64,000 bases of DNA, taken from positions 1,199 through 65,198 of the forward strand of contig QMWT01000001.1 of NCBI GenBank assembly GCA_003661775.1, written 5' to 3'. This DNA is from Thermoprotei archaeon (GTDB lineage Archaea > Thermoproteota > Thermoprotei_A > Sulfolobales > Ignisphaeraceae). Both the position numbers and the translations under genes were made by a program. Positions 1 through 9,557 of this stretch are shown one piece after another. The notes under the pieces were generated by a model. The model did no database searches. It worked only from the letters and a program-made list of their open reading frames with translations, and was not told where the DNA came from. The first letter of the stretch is position 1. Each line of letters starts with the position of its first letter.

Positions 1-53
1 GTATTGACTGCAAGCTGCATCCGAGAAGGTGTTCAGAAGTCCCAAACGCAAAT

Positions 54-365
54 ATGCTCTACGTATATGTTGTTGCGAGCGCCGAGGGTTCGATGGTCAA
101 GGTAAACACCGTGTATCTGTTGAAGAAGCTGATACAGGTCGAGGGTCCGCGTATACTACAGGTTATCAACAATCTCGTGCTAACTCTTGTTAATGATGAA
201 AAGACGAGGGCATCGGTGGAGGACTTACTGTACCTAGTATCTATTGTTCGTAAGTATAGGAAGTATACTCAGGATATATTCGTGAAGGTGCCCGAAAACT
301 TGGACGAACTTAAGAAGTTTTCCCCGCTTGTAAGGAAGTTCTTCAGAGTTCTTAGGCGAGACTAG
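54..365 (+). CDS. Hypothetical protein, probably the C-terminal part of a gene starting upstream of the window
   Basis: 103-aa ORF converging on the next gene; no recognised motif. Confidence 0.5.
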   Translation: MLYVYVVASAEGSMVKVNTVYLLKKLIQVEGPRILQVINNLVLTLVNDEKTRASVEDLLYLVSIVRKYRKYTQDIFVKVPENLDELKKFSPLVRKFFRVLRRD

Positions 366-1139
366 CTACTCAATTAACTTCGGACCCTCGGCATCTACGT
401 AGAACCTTATAGGTCTGGACACGTGATGTACACCCTTCATCTTCCTCACCATAAGCTTCCTAACAGCACTATCTCCCGGCCCGGTTTCATCTGTGACCCA
501 GACCTCTATTACACCATCAACGAGGTGCTCTATGGAACGTAGGAACTTCTGCTGGTCGTCTGTCGATGTATGCAGAGTAGCAAACACCAAGATACCCTCG
601 CCTTTAGCTATAAGCGCCCTAAGCTTTCTTAGAACTTCAACCGTAGTTTTTTCGTTGTAGAGGAGGAGCAGTTCGTTAAGTGAATCCACCACCACAAGTC
701 CGCGTCCGCGCAGCTCTTTCTCAAGCACAACATCTATGATCGTGTACGGCAGCCTCTCAAGCTCATCAGGCTCTACCTCTCTTATAACACCATTAACTGC
801 TGGACGAGGATGTCCAAGTCTATATGAAAAACAGTCTATTATCATGAGCAGTTCGCGCTTTATCAACTGAGCTACATCTATTTTAAATGAGATGTAGTTT
901 TGGAGAACCGTTCTGGGATCATCATCCAGCGCTACGTATATTACAGGCTCTTCCCGCTCCATGAGCGCCTTTGTCATGTGTGCAACCAGAACACTTTTAC
1001 CAGCACCTCCTGGACCTGCTAGTATGATAAGAGAATTTCTGTAGACCCCCGAAGGAAGCACTCTGTCTAAGACTTCAACCCCTAACCGCACCTTATTCCA
1101 CGCAACTATTTCCGGGCTCCTCAAGGACACCCCCAGCAA
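366..1139 (-). CDS. KaiC/RAD55-family RecA-superfamily ATPase
   Basis: Walker A GPGGAGKS, Walker B VVVDS, C-terminal 'EHLVDGVIE...VRKMKG' typical of KaiC-like domains. Confidence 0.88.
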   Translation of the reverse strand: MLGVSLRSPEIVAWNKVRLGVEVLDRVLPSGVYRNSLIILAGPGGAGKSVLVAHMTKALMEREEPVIYVALDDDPRTVLQNYISFKIDVAQLIKRELLMIIDCFSYRLGHPRPAVNGVIREVEPDELERLPYTIIDVVLEKELRGRGLVVVDSLNELLLLYNEKTTVEVLRKLRALIAKGEGILVFATLHTSTDDQQKFLRSIEHLVDGVIEVWVTDETGPGDSAVRKLMVRKMKGVHHVSRPIRFYVDAEGPKLIE

Positions 1140-1147
1140 ACGTATAG

Positions 1148-2845
1148 TTAAAAAGATTGATTCCCTTTTGAACTGTGTTGCTGAAGCTCGACTAGCTTCT
1201 CAAGTGCCTCTTGTTTTATGCTACGCTTAGCGATCTCATCCTTTAGAAGTCTCACGAATAATTCAGGGTTGACATCCTTAACTTGCAGGTTACGTCTTCC
1301 TCGTACCGTGATAGTGCCTTGCATAGCTTCTCGCATCCCCACTATGATCATATACGGCACCGCCTCGTCGTACGCTCTCTTAATCTTACGAGACACGGTC
1401 TCATCACCATCATCTATATCTACCCTTATCCCCTCGCTCTTCAGCAAGTTCACGATCCTAGCGGCGTAGTCACGTACTTTAGACACCATTGTAATCACAC
1501 GTACCTGCACTGGGCTAAGCCACGTTGGTAGGCGTCCCCCGAAGTTCTCGAGTATTATCGCCATGAACCTCTCAACGCTTCCTAGAATCGCGCGATGGAT
1601 CATTACCGGTCTCTTCTTCGACCCATCCCTATCGGTGTACTCAAGCGCAAATCTCTCTGGCAGAGCAAAGTCAACCTGTATTGTGCTGCACTGCCACCAC
1701 CTACCAAGACTATCTCTAAAATGCACGTCTATCTTGGGCCCGTAGAACGCCCCTTCGCCCTCTCTTACTTCGTAAGGAATCCCCAGCTCCTTAAGAGCTT
1801 CTTCAAGAGCTCTAGTAGCCTTATCCCACATCTCCTCGGTACCTATGTACTTTTCAGGCCTAGTAGACAGGTAGACTTTCACACCCTCACCGCGAAAACC
1901 AAAGAGTCCAAGGACGTACATGACCTCTTTAAGTATAGCTTTAATCTCATCCTTCACCTGATCCTCTCTCAGAAACGCATGACCATCGTCCTGAGTAAAA
2001 CCACGCACTCTGAGAAGTCCATAGAGCTCGCCGCGCTTCTCCCAACGGTATACTGTTCCAAATTCACTTAGCTTCAACGGTAAGTCGCGGTAACTCCTAG
2101 GCCTAGACTTGTATATCAGTATATGCCCTGGGCAGTTCATCGGTTTTAGTCCATACTCCTCATCCTCGACATTAGCGAGTACCATCTTGTCTCGATAAAG
2201 GTAGTAGTGCCCGCTGATCTTCCATAAAACCGAGCGATATACATGTGGTGTGTAGACCTCGCGATACCCGAGCCTTTCGTTGACTTCTCTTATCATTCTA
2301 ATTAGCTCCTCGCGTATCACTTGTCCTTTAGGATGATATATAACGAGCCCTGGCCCTACCTCTTCATGGAATGAGAATAGGTCTAGTTTTTGACCTATAA
2401 CTCTATGATCTCTCTCCGCAGCTTCTCTGAGCCACGCAAAATAGCTCTCCAGCTCTTCTTGGCTACCGAAAGCAACTCCGGAGAGCCTTAGTAACCTAAC
2501 TTCTGGCTCTGGGTTATGGGCAGAGATGTTCAGTATCTTCAACGCACCTACCTTTTTATTAGAAGGCCTCACACTAGGTTCAAGGAACGCCTTAACACCG
2601 TTCACAATGTACATAGCTGTTCTTTCAAGAAGTTTTGGAAGGCCTTCACTTTCAGAAGGTACCTTCTCAATGGTTACGCCTTCTATCTCTACTTCAACAA
2701 CTTTCTTCTCTATTTCAGAGGCCTTCTTCTCATCTAGCCAGACTCCAGGTTTCAGCGGCTGGAAGTCGCAATGGAATCCTCTGTCATCGATGCTGCAACC
2801 TAGGGGCTTCAACTGTTCGTTCATTTTCGAAACACAGTACTGCAC
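1148..2845 (-). CDS. thrS: Threonine--tRNA ligase (crenarchaeal catalytic type); true start possibly 2904 via a -1 frameshift
   Basis: RDHR, KPMNCPGH, RVRGFTQDDGH, GAFYGPKID and MIHRAILGSVERF motifs plus anticodon-binding domain. Confidence 0.96.
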   Translation of the reverse strand: MQYCVSKMNEQLKPLGCSIDDRGFHCDFQPLKPGVWLDEKKASEIEKKVVEVEIEGVTIEKVPSESEGLPKLLERTAMYIVNGVKAFLEPSVRPSNKKVGALKILNISAHNPEPEVRLLRLSGVAFGSQEELESYFAWLREAAERDHRVIGQKLDLFSFHEEVGPGLVIYHPKGQVIREELIRMIREVNERLGYREVYTPHVYRSVLWKISGHYYLYRDKMVLANVEDEEYGLKPMNCPGHILIYKSRPRSYRDLPLKLSEFGTVYRWEKRGELYGLLRVRGFTQDDGHAFLREDQVKDEIKAILKEVMYVLGLFGFRGEGVKVYLSTRPEKYIGTEEMWDKATRALEEALKELGIPYEVREGEGAFYGPKIDVHFRDSLGRWWQCSTIQVDFALPERFALEYTDRDGSKKRPVMIHRAILGSVERFMAIILENFGGRLPTWLSPVQVRVITMVSKVRDYAARIVNLLKSEGIRVDIDDGDETVSRKIKRAYDEAVPYMIIVGMREAMQGTITVRGRRNLQVKDVNPELFVRLLKDEIAKRSIKQEALEKLVELQQHSSKGNQSF

Positions 2846-2954
2846 TAGAAGACCTGCACGTGCAAGTAGCTCTGGGTCTAGTGCTTTAAACGCGTTTGGC
2901 GCATCTTGTCACCGGCTATCTCTAGTTCTTATGTCGCGGTTTATATAGTGTTCG

Positions 2955-3551
2955 TCATACTCTAGGAACACATCTACGCACGAAACACCCGATATCCAGG
3001 ATATTCTTCATCACCACCTTGTTGGGGTCCTCGGAACCCTCTCTCAACCGAGACAAAAGCGTTTGTAGCTCATCTTGTCCGTACAGCGCCAAAGCCACTC
3101 CTACTACGCGTCCATCTGAAGCATCCACCACGGCTACAAACATCCTCTTTGCTATAGGAGGATACACTTTCTCTACTGATTGCAGCAGTATATCATTTCC
3201 GTAAAGGAATGCCTTAACCCCCCGCTCTTTGACTTCAACAGCTGATATGTATGTGTTTACACACTTGTAGATAATCTCAAAGAGCCATGGAGAAGGAATA
3301 AACATGTTCTTAGTTAAGAAGCCTAGGTTTAACCCGGCGTACACCGCGCCTTTAGAGATCCCGGCATCTAGATGCATATGCTTGGCAGCTTGGCGGGATA
3401 CCGCAACAAACAGTTTCATACCCAAATATTTCGAAGTCATGAGATCGAATTCTTCAAGGCATGCTGCTAAGCCTGTACCCATGTTATCTAGGAATTTCAT
3501 TAATTTGGTAAGACCCGCCCTACTTAGGCGCGTGTTCTTCTCAGCACACAT
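2955..3551 (-). CDS. NIP7/PUA-domain ribosome biogenesis protein
   Basis: 'AFLYGNDIL...GRVVGVALA...KNILDIG' PUA pattern; coupled to a NOP2-like methyltransferase. Confidence 0.75.
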   Translation of the reverse strand: MCAEKNTRLSRAGLTKLMKFLDNMGTGLAACLEEFDLMTSKYLGMKLFVAVSRQAAKHMHLDAGISKGAVYAGLNLGFLTKNMFIPSPWLFEIIYKCVNTYISAVEVKERGVKAFLYGNDILLQSVEKVYPPIAKRMFVAVVDASDGRVVGVALALYGQDELQTLLSRLREGSEDPNKVVMKNILDIGCFVRRCVPRV

Positions 3552-4564
3552 ATGAAGAACCCCTCAGTCCCGTGTCTATGGGGCCAAAGCCTCAAGCACT
3601 TCCTCACATCTTTACTAAACTTTAGTTCTCTAAAACTCGTAAGTCCTTCAGAACCTACGTTCAGCCTAGGCTCAATCACCTCTACGTCGTTCCGAAGATC
3701 TATTACTTTGTTAACTACATATTCATTTTCTTCAGGTGCTATACTGCAGGTCGAATAGACTATTACACCACCATTTTTAGCCATTTCGATAGCTGCATAC
3801 AACATCTCGATCTCCCGAGCCACAAGCCTCGCTAAGTCTTCAATAGATGTCTTCCGTTTCCGTTCAGGATCGAACATTATAGCTCCTTCAGCGCTACAAG
3901 GAGCATCTAACAAAACCCTGTCGAATCTCAGACGAAGCTTTAAGGGTAGCTCTCTAGCGTCGAAACAGGTCACCACAGTGTTGACTATTCCTAAACGCAT
4001 CAGATTCTCTATGAGAGCTGGCAGTCTTGTCTTAGCCTTGTCGTTCGCCACGAGGAACCCTCTATTCTTCATGAGCTGAGCTATGTGAGTTGCCTTACCC
4101 CCGGGAGCTGCCGCCATGTCCAGCACAAGCTCGTTAGGATGAGGATCTAGAAGTAATGGGGGGAGGAGCGCCGCGATATCTCTGTAAACATAGTAGAAGC
4201 CTTTGAAGTATTCATGAGTGGCGCCCAGAGAAGGTGAAGTAGGTGTTTTCACAACACGAAAACAGTAATCCTTGCACCACTCCACGGGCTTGGGTCCGAA
4301 TCCTAGACGTTCTAGTCTCTTGGTAAGTGATTCGCAATCGATCTTCAACGTATTGCATCTTATTGCGGGTGGTGGTCTTCTTTCAAATGCTTGTAAGAGT
4401 TTGTAGGCTTCTTCCAAGCCTAGCATATCAACGTATCTCTGTACCATGTAGGGGCGGTAGCCAAAAATCTTCGCAATTCTCCTAATGCTTACAGGGATCC
4501 TCTCCTCACTAAGTTGTATTTCTCTCAGCACATCACGGTAATCGACTCTTATGGTACGCACCAT
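3524..4564 (-). CDS. RsmB/NOP2 (NSUN) RNA m5C methyltransferase
   Basis: DMAAAPGGK, DAPCS, YSTCS and EENE motifs. Confidence 0.93.
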   Translation of the reverse strand: MVRTIRVDYRDVLREIQLSEERIPVSIRRIAKIFGYRPYMVQRYVDMLGLEEAYKLLQAFERRPPPAIRCNTLKIDCESLTKRLERLGFGPKPVEWCKDYCFRVVKTPTSPSLGATHEYFKGFYYVYRDIAALLPPLLLDPHPNELVLDMAAAPGGKATHIAQLMKNRGFLVANDKAKTRLPALIENLMRLGIVNTVVTCFDARELPLKLRLRFDRVLLDAPCSAEGAIMFDPERKRKTSIEDLARLVAREIEMLYAAIEMAKNGGVIVYSTCSIAPEENEYVVNKVIDLRNDVEVIEPRLNVGSEGLTSFRELKFSKDVRKCLRLWPHRHGTEGFFICVLRRTRA

Positions 4565-4576
4565 GTACGGATACCA

Positions 4577-4625
4577 TCAGTAATCCGATAACACATCATC
4601 TGGTCAGCCAGCGGCGATTCATCAT
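4577..4625 (-). ncRNA. Box C/D sRNA
   Basis: Minus strand ATGATGA-atcgccgctgg-CTGA-ccag-ATGATGT-gttatcggatta-CTGA; intergenic, 11- and 12-nt guides. Confidence 0.85.
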
Positions 4626-4642
4626 AACCAGGAAACTTGCGC

Positions 4643-5887
4643 TCAGGAATACTCTAGGTACTCAAGCGATAAGAGTTTAGCTATTCTTCTAAGCCTAGCA
4701 CGCTGATCGGCCACCATCAACACGTGGTGATTAGCCGGTACCATGTCTAGCAGTGTTTCTTTATCCAAGTTCCCTATATCGACTATCGCTTGGGTCCTAC
4801 AGCGATTCCTAGATAGCATACCGCTTCTCACCATTCTTGCCCTAGCTACCCCCAGCACCATGAAGTCGTAGCTAAGTGATGTTAGTGTCCACTTATCTTT
4901 ACCAAATGATGCCGCGATGCCAAGAGGTCTCCCTGATTCGAAGTGAGGTACTGCACGTAGCGTCTGAACTATATCGAATGCAGCTGTACAGTGTGCTAGT
5001 ACAAGTCTCCCGTTTTCAAACCCGCTTGGATTCGCAATCCAGCCGCTGTGTCCGGTGAGCCCACGCGCTATCACCATAAGCGCTAGGGCTTGCAGATCTC
5101 CCTCACATCCTGCGACAACACCGATGCTATTGAGGTATGCTAGGGGTATACAGGGTGTAAATCCTCTGCGTAGTATGTAGGGGAAACAATCCATCGTTAT
5201 GTAGTTTAGCGACTTGTCCTCCACCAACCTATGCATAGCCGCACATAGTCTAGCTATCTCGGTTATAGTACTCCCATCTACCCCTAGTTTCTCACTAAGT
5301 ACATCAGCCACCTCGTCAACGCTCTCCTTATCAACGTTCTTAAGGTATGTATCGAGCTCTTCGTAAGTTATAGGAACTGTTTCCGAGTCCGCAAACATCT
5401 CATAGTCCAGCATCTCATCGTCCTTATCATCCCGTCCTATGACCCCTACTCTCTTCCTTAGAAGCATGCTGAGTGTGTGCGCTACAGTAACAGCCTCATT
5501 GATCGCATTACGACAGGAATACCCTAGTTCTTCACAATAGAATATTGTCGTGGGTTTACCCTCAATATCGAGTCTTGCTCTCACAGATACTGCCGAAGCT
5601 AAGCTGTTATGCTCACCATGTGCCAGCAGTACACTACATTTAAAATCTCCTACCTCAATGAACCTTCTCGCAATTCTGCTACTACCACCCGTAAGCACTA
5701 GAAGAATAGGCACAACAACCTTATCACCGAGCTTTTTAGCCAGAACACCAGCCTCCTCAATATCTGTCACGGGCTCCAGTACCTCAACCCCGTGACTATT
5801 TAGGTGCGCCTGGAATTCATCAAGTACACCACGGTAGTACTCCTCGCCGTGAACCTTAGATGCAAAAGGCACTGCGACGAGTCTCAT
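4643..5887 (-). CDS. L-fucose/L-arabinose isomerase-related protein
   Basis: 'GCEGDL', 'AHCT', 'HFESG', 'CRTQ' and 'ANHH' motifs. Confidence 0.8.
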   Translation of the reverse strand: MRLVAVPFASKVHGEEYYRGVLDEFQAHLNSHGVEVLEPVTDIEEAGVLAKKLGDKVVVPILLVLTGGSSRIARRFIEVGDFKCSVLLAHGEHNSLASAVSVRARLDIEGKPTTIFYCEELGYSCRNAINEAVTVAHTLSMLLRKRVGVIGRDDKDDEMLDYEMFADSETVPITYEELDTYLKNVDKESVDEVADVLSEKLGVDGSTITEIARLCAAMHRLVEDKSLNYITMDCFPYILRRGFTPCIPLAYLNSIGVVAGCEGDLQALALMVIARGLTGHSGWIANPSGFENGRLVLAHCTAAFDIVQTLRAVPHFESGRPLGIAASFGKDKWTLTSLSYDFMVLGVARARMVRSGMLSRNRCRTQAIVDIGNLDKETLLDMVPANHHVLMVADQRARLRRIAKLLSLEYLEYS

Positions 5888-5918
5888 TTTCTTTCACACC
5901 TTTGTGTAGCCACTCGGG

Positions 5919-7271
5919 CTAGAAAATTAGTCCTACAACGAAATCATTAACATTAGTTCCCGTGTATCCTGTCATTATAGCCAGTCCCACTTTTGAGAAG
6001 AAGGTGTAGCTATCGTTGTTCTCTAGGTACTTGAGGGGGTCTAAGCCCTTCTCCAGCGCTTTTTCAACCGTACTCCCATCTACTAGAGCTCCAGCAGCGG
6101 GACTGACCCCATCCACACCATCGCTGCCCATACACCCGAATACTATGTTCCTATATCCATGGATACCGAGGGCTATAGATAGGCACAGCTCCTGGTTTCT
6201 ACCGCCTACACCGTTACCCTTTACCGTGACAGTGGTTTCGCCACCTGCCAGTAACGCTGCTGGTCGCGATGCTAGATAGCCCCTATCAGCTATGCTCTTA
6301 GCGATGGCGGCGAGAACCTTTCCTACTTCCCGTGCTTCTCCTTCGAGATACGGAGTTAGTATCACTGCGCGATACCCTTTCGCCTCTAGATACTGAGCCA
6401 TCGCCTCCAGAGAGATAGCGTTGCTGGCAACTATGATGTTGCGCACCTTCTTAAGGACTTCGTCTCCTGGTTTAACCGTTTCAGGTACCTCACCTTTAAC
6501 TCCTCTTTCGAGCCACTCCCTGATCCTGGCGGGGATTTTTTTCCAGAGACCATACTTCCTGAGAACCTCAACAGCTTGCTTAAATGTTGTGGCGTCGGGA
6601 GCTGTAGGGCCTGATGCTATTGTATCTAGTCTATCTCCAACAACATCGCTTATTATGAGCGAGTAGACCTTCTTAGCTCTTATTTTCCTCAGCAGCTTGC
6701 CTCCTTTAACAGCCGAGAGGTGTTTTCTAACGGTGTTAAGCTCAACTATATCCGCACCGGCCCTCATGAGGTCCTTAGAGATCTGGGCTATCTCGCTAAG
6801 CTCTATATCGTCCTCGGGCAACTCAAAAAGTGCTGAACCCCCTCCAGAGATCAGCACTAGCACGACGTCATCGGGTTCAACAGCTTCTTCGAGGTATTGC
6901 AATAGTCTGCGCGAAGATTTCAGAGTATTCTCTCCTGGAACGGGGTGATCGCCTTTCACGATCTCTACAGGGCCTATCCTACCTTCATAGAAGGGGGATA
7001 TTGCAACTCCTCCCTGCACAGCATCCCCCACAACATTGATGACCCCCTTAACCATTCCCACAGACGCCTTACCGAAGCCTACTACGTGTAGCCTCCTCAA
7101 CTCGATCTCGTCACCTGTTATCGACAGCCTGGAGTCTCTTCGTTGTAGTACTTTCTCTACTACTTTCTGAGGATCAGCGGCTGCTAGCCCTACTTGTAGA
7201 GCTTCAAGAATGGTTCTATGAAATGGTGTTATCGCAAGTTCGTCGAAGTTCTTTATACGCAAAACTCTCAC
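5919..7271 (-). CDS. Glycerate 2-kinase (MOFRL family)
   Basis: GFGKAS, ISGGGSAL, IASGPT, GGETTV, GGRNQE, TGTNVND. Confidence 0.93.
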   Translation of the reverse strand: MRVLRIKNFDELAITPFHRTILEALQVGLAAADPQKVVEKVLQRRDSRLSITGDEIELRRLHVVGFGKASVGMVKGVINVVGDAVQGGVAISPFYEGRIGPVEIVKGDHPVPGENTLKSSRRLLQYLEEAVEPDDVVLVLISGGGSALFELPEDDIELSEIAQISKDLMRAGADIVELNTVRKHLSAVKGGKLLRKIRAKKVYSLIISDVVGDRLDTIASGPTAPDATTFKQAVEVLRKYGLWKKIPARIREWLERGVKGEVPETVKPGDEVLKKVRNIIVASNAISLEAMAQYLEAKGYRAVILTPYLEGEAREVGKVLAAIAKSIADRGYLASRPAALLAGGETTVTVKGNGVGGRNQELCLSIALGIHGYRNIVFGCMGSDGVDGVSPAAGALVDGSTVEKALEKGLDPLKYLENNDSYTFFSKVGLAIMTGYTGTNVNDFVVGLIF

Positions 7272-7379
7272 CGAGACACTATTAGCAGAGACTAGCTTTA
7301 TTAGAAGTTCCGTTGGTTGAGACTAGCACAGAGCGTTCTTAAATCTCAAGAGCGTAACCTAGGCTACGGTGAGTTTTGT

Positions 7380-8225
7380 GTGCCGCGTTGCTTGACCAGG
7401 CTTTATTTTGGTCCTGCCGGCGTACCACATGCCGCTAAGAGAAGGTCAACTATAGAGGGTGTTAGAACAGTCAGGGAGCTTGGACTAGACGCTATGGAGA
7501 TCGAATTCGTTAGAGGCGTCAGGATGTCGGAAACCATGGCCCAGAAGGTCAGAGAAGAAGCGCAGAACCTAGGAATCGTACTTACAGTCCACGCACCATA
7601 CTACATCAATCTCAATTCCGACGATCCTAACAAGGTCGAGGCAAGCAAAGAGAGGATCTACCAAAGCGCGAAGATAGGGTTTATCGCAGGTGCATGGAGT
7701 GTCGTGTTCCATCCAGGTTACTACGGAAAGAGAAGCTCTGAAGAAACCTATAGAAGAATAAGAGACGCGGTGAGGGACGTCGTAGAGAGGTTGAAGTCTG
7801 AGGGTATTGATATATGGTTAAGACCCGAGACTATGGGGGGATTGGCGGAGTTCGGAAGTCTGGAGGAAGTTGTGAAGCTGTCCCAAGATCTAGACCTATC
7901 CATCCTGCCGTGCATAGACTTTGCACATATCCATGCGAGAAGCCGAGGAGGCTACAACTCGTATGAAGAGCTCAGACAATTAATGGAGTACATAGAGCGC
8001 GAACTTGGTAAGGATGCCCTGCACTCCATGCATATACACGTAAGCGGTATAAGGTACGGTGATAGAGGCGAAATAGAGCATCTAAATCTAGAAGAATCAG
8101 ATCTTAACTACAAAGCCGTGATAAAGGTGCTCAAAGAATTCAACGTGGCTGGAGTCGTAATATCGGAATCTCCTAATCTAGAGGAAGATGCTATCCTGTT
8201 GAAGAAGTTATACGAGGAGACGTAA
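7380..8225 (+). CDS. nfo: Endonuclease IV-like TIM-barrel protein
   Basis: HAPYYINL, FHPG, PETMG, DFAH, HIH and ISESP; start placed at the GTG after GGTGAG. Confidence 0.85.
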   Translation: MPRCLTRLYFGPAGVPHAAKRRSTIEGVRTVRELGLDAMEIEFVRGVRMSETMAQKVREEAQNLGIVLTVHAPYYINLNSDDPNKVEASKERIYQSAKIGFIAGAWSVVFHPGYYGKRSSEETYRRIRDAVRDVVERLKSEGIDIWLRPETMGGLAEFGSLEEVVKLSQDLDLSILPCIDFAHIHARSRGGYNSYEELRQLMEYIERELGKDALHSMHIHVSGIRYGDRGEIEHLNLEESDLNYKAVIKVLKEFNVAGVVISESPNLEEDAILLKKLYEET

Positions 8226-8349
8226 TACGGAAAACAGTAGTGCGAAGACATAAGATGTTTGCCTGCTCGCGTAGTGAAGCACGTCATCGCCTCGGAGCAT
8301 CATACTTATAAAACTAAGCTACATTACGAACTTAACGGTAGAGCCCTCT

Positions 8350-8427
8350 GGGCCCGTAGCTCAGCCAGGACAGAGCGCCGGCCTCCTAAGCCGGTGGTCG
8401 GGGGTTCAAATCCCCCCGGGCCCGCCA
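8350..8427 (+). tRNA. tRNA-Arg(CCT), intronless, CCA encoded
   Basis: GGGCCCG acceptor stem; anticodon arm CCGGC-CT-CCT-AA-GCCGG; T arm GGTTCAAATCC; TATA-like TTATAAAA upstream. Confidence 0.97.
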
Positions 8428-8533
8428 CACCACCTGGTTCCTCATGAAAGCATACACATATTAGCCAATGATTCCTAGTTCTCGAATCTTCTAGGAACTC
8501 ATGCTTGAGTTCTGATTTTCGGCGTTCAAGAGA

Positions 8534-8719
8534 GTTGGTGTCAGGACTCTGAGTGATGGTGTTGGGTATAGCATCCTTAGGGTTGCCAAGGATAGGCTAA
8601 GCTTTATAATGGCTGTAAGCTTCTCGGTATTGCTAAATCGAGTCTACATAGGTACTTACCAGGTGAGCATGATGCTAGACGAGATTGTTAAGAGCATTTT
8701 CAAGAGCAAGACATGTTAG
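8534..8719 (+). pseudogene. Frameshifted remnant of an HTH protein resembling the N-terminus of crenarchaeal integrases
   Basis: Spread over two frames: VGVRTLSDGVGYSILRVAKDRLSF / KLLGIAKSSLHRYLPGE / MLDEIVKSIF; about 100 nt downstream of tRNA-Arg. Confidence 0.55.
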
Positions 8720-9018
8720 GCTTCATACATAATTCTAATTATTTTCCCTGTCTCTACGTCTAAGACTATTTTGAAGGTTTTTCCTTGAGGCCTCCTCACA
8801 CCTTTAACTATTAGGACTTTTCTTGGAGGCTTGCCAGCCTCAACAACTTGTTCCTTAAAGCTCTTCATAACCGCCTCTACTTCCTCATTAGCCTCAAAGA
8901 AGTCATCCCTTACATCGGTAGGGCCAATTATACCTACCTTATAAACACATAAACATCTGCAATCCTTAACAAGCTTCAACCCAACATAGCGATCCTCAAA
9001 AAACACCACTTCCTTCAA
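8716..9018 (-). CDS. Hypothetical protein, possibly mobile-element derived
   Basis: 100-aa ORF preceded by GGAGG; lies between decayed remnants. Confidence 0.55.
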   Translation of the reverse strand: MKEVVFFEDRYVGLKLVKDCRCLCVYKVGIIGPTDVRDDFFEANEEVEAVMKSFKEQVVEAGKPPRKVLIVKGVRRPQGKTFKIVLDVETGKIIRIMYEA

Positions 9019-9557
9019 AAAGCCTCCACCAAGAGTAAATGAGTTACTTTTCCTTAATCTTTTTGACTTGTCACGTAAAGTGATTCAAGTCAGCTGTAGG
9101 AACTCTTGGTTTTCTCTTTGCCAAAGCTTTTAATTTTGAAGCCTCTACCAACTCCTTTACACATGGCTGAGGTGCAGGTAGGGGACTTCTCACTTTTGCA
9201 GAACCCACAACTATAATTGCGACATTGCAAGGGTTTGCGGAAATCGTAGACTCACGCAGCCGAGATGTTCTATACGGAATTCCCACAATATTTTCGGCTT
9301 CTTGGAGTAGAACAGGGGTTATTATCATAGTTGATATCTAGGAATGTTGATGTTTCTAAGTTTGGTGGAGGCCCTGTAGCATAATTTCAGCGTGTTGTCG
9401 AGAAGTACTGTTGAGAAGCCGTTCTTGGGAATTAGCACATTATCAAACCTTTTGAACTGTTCAAAATCGAAAGCTCTGGAGCTTAAGACTGAGATAGAAA
9501 GCGTACAGCTTCTGCTAGGATGGAATTCATGAAGTTGAGTGTATACATATGGTATTG

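Noticed and set aside
8394..8427. Near-identical GTGGTCGGGGGTTCAAATCCCCCCGGGCCC in tRNA-Arg and at about 49919-49948, considered as attL/attR of a 41-kb element
   Set aside because: Both copies belong to complete, different tRNA genes, and the interval contains core housekeeping genes.
8259..8447. 62-aa ORF (and similarly 49919-50215 and 35405-35653)
   Set aside because: These overlap tRNA genes and are spurious translations.
9071..9328. 85-aa minus-strand ORF in the tRNA-Arg hotspot
   Set aside because: No motif or clear ribosome-binding site; cannot be supported as a gene.
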